Assembly: GCA_002189035.1 (NCBI GenBank)
Contig: NEEC01000014.1
Location: 1,984,001 to 2,048,000 of the forward strand
DNA from: Utricularia gibba
Taxonomy: Eukaryota; Plantae; Magnoliophyta
Length of the DNA: 64,000 bases
Reading direction: 5' to 3'
Shown: positions 63,425-64,000 of the stretch, one piece after another
Position numbering within the stretch: position 1 is the first letter of the stretch
Layout: each line of letters begins with the position of its first letter
Position numbers and translations under genes: made by a program
The notes under the pieces: model-generated
The model's database searches: none
What the model was told of the DNA's origin: nothing
The model's input: only the letters and a program-made list of their open reading frames with translations

Positions 63425-64000
63425 ATGGCGCAGCCGCTAGTCAAGAAAGACGACGATCGCGATGAAGAAGGTGTTGTATTGATTTTCATATTGAGTATTT
63501 GTCTGAAGTTTTTTCTGCTCCGGTATTAAACCTAGGTTTTGGAGTTCTGGACTATGTAATCTGGATCAGTTCTAGATCTGGGATTTTCAACGGAATGCAA
63601 ATGCAATTCGATATCGAAAATTTGTTTCTCTGGGTTAGACAGTTTGACGGCTTTAGTGTCTCTGAGAGTTAATGTTGGGATGGGAGTCAACCCTTGTGAT
63701 GATGCGTATGTTGCATTTCTTCTTTACGGTCAATCCGTTTGTAGATCTATTGTCACATAGAATGAACGGGGTGGCAGTTTACTGATTTGGATGAATCAGA
63801 GTTAGGATTAATCATTTTCAGGTGTCTTTATTTCAAAATGTACTGTTCTCTCGTTGTCAGTAGCATGATCTGATTAAGCACGATTGTATCCTAACCCTCC
63901 TTTGATTTTAGTCTAATTAGTGAAATTGAAACTTAAATTGCAGCGGAGTATTCTCCATTCATGGGAATTGAGAAGGGAGCAGTATTGCAAGAGGCGAGGG
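63425..64000 (+). CDS. Coatomer subunit gamma (gamma-COP), first two exons; runs off the right edge
   Basis: MAQPLVKKDDDRDEE|AEYSPFMGIEKGAVLQEAR. Confidence 0.92.

Noticed and set aside
1-64000. tRNA, rRNA, snRNA, CRISPR arrays, telomere arrays, organellar insertions
   Set aside because: None were recognisable by eye; the isolated TAGGGTTT motifs are promoter telo-boxes. A covariance-model scan (Infernal/Rfam, tRNAscan-SE) would be needed to exclude small ncRNAs.

Overview
This is eukaryotic plant nuclear DNA from a eudicot with an unusually compact genome. About 22 intron-containing or single-exon protein-coding genes lie in 64 kb, most introns are about 70-120 bp, intergenic gaps are often under 600 bp, and I found no recognisable transposon ORFs, tRNA, rRNA or CRISPR. 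Gene order: ARMC6-like (3' part), subclass III SnRK2 (OST1-like), FAM114/BAT2-domain, PXA-PX sorting-nexin-like, Expp1-like secreted protein, PLS-E PPR, PetM, extra-large G protein, JINGUBANG-like WD40, CYP74C, COR413-PM, LACS2-like, ATL65-like RING-H2, TOM6 (missed by the ORF track), PDV2, Lzipper-MIP1/DUF547, EEF1AKMT4-like methyltransferase, MED13, a tandem array of three polyol transporters plus a decayed remnant, and the 5' end of gamma-COP. The most notable observations are: (1) PDV2 ends in Glu instead of the conserved C-terminal Gly and has a shrunken intermembrane-space tail; (2) the OST1-like kinase has an activation loop one residue short and a shortened ABA box; (3) three -1 frameshifts (LACS2, PLT-B, PLT-C) can each be repaired by adding one G to a G, which points to a possible assembly artefact; (4) PLT-C replaces the conserved sugar-binding QQ motif with EM; (5) PLT-B starts only 197 bp after the PLT-A stop. 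All gene identities come from recognising translated motifs by eye and have not been checked by database search.
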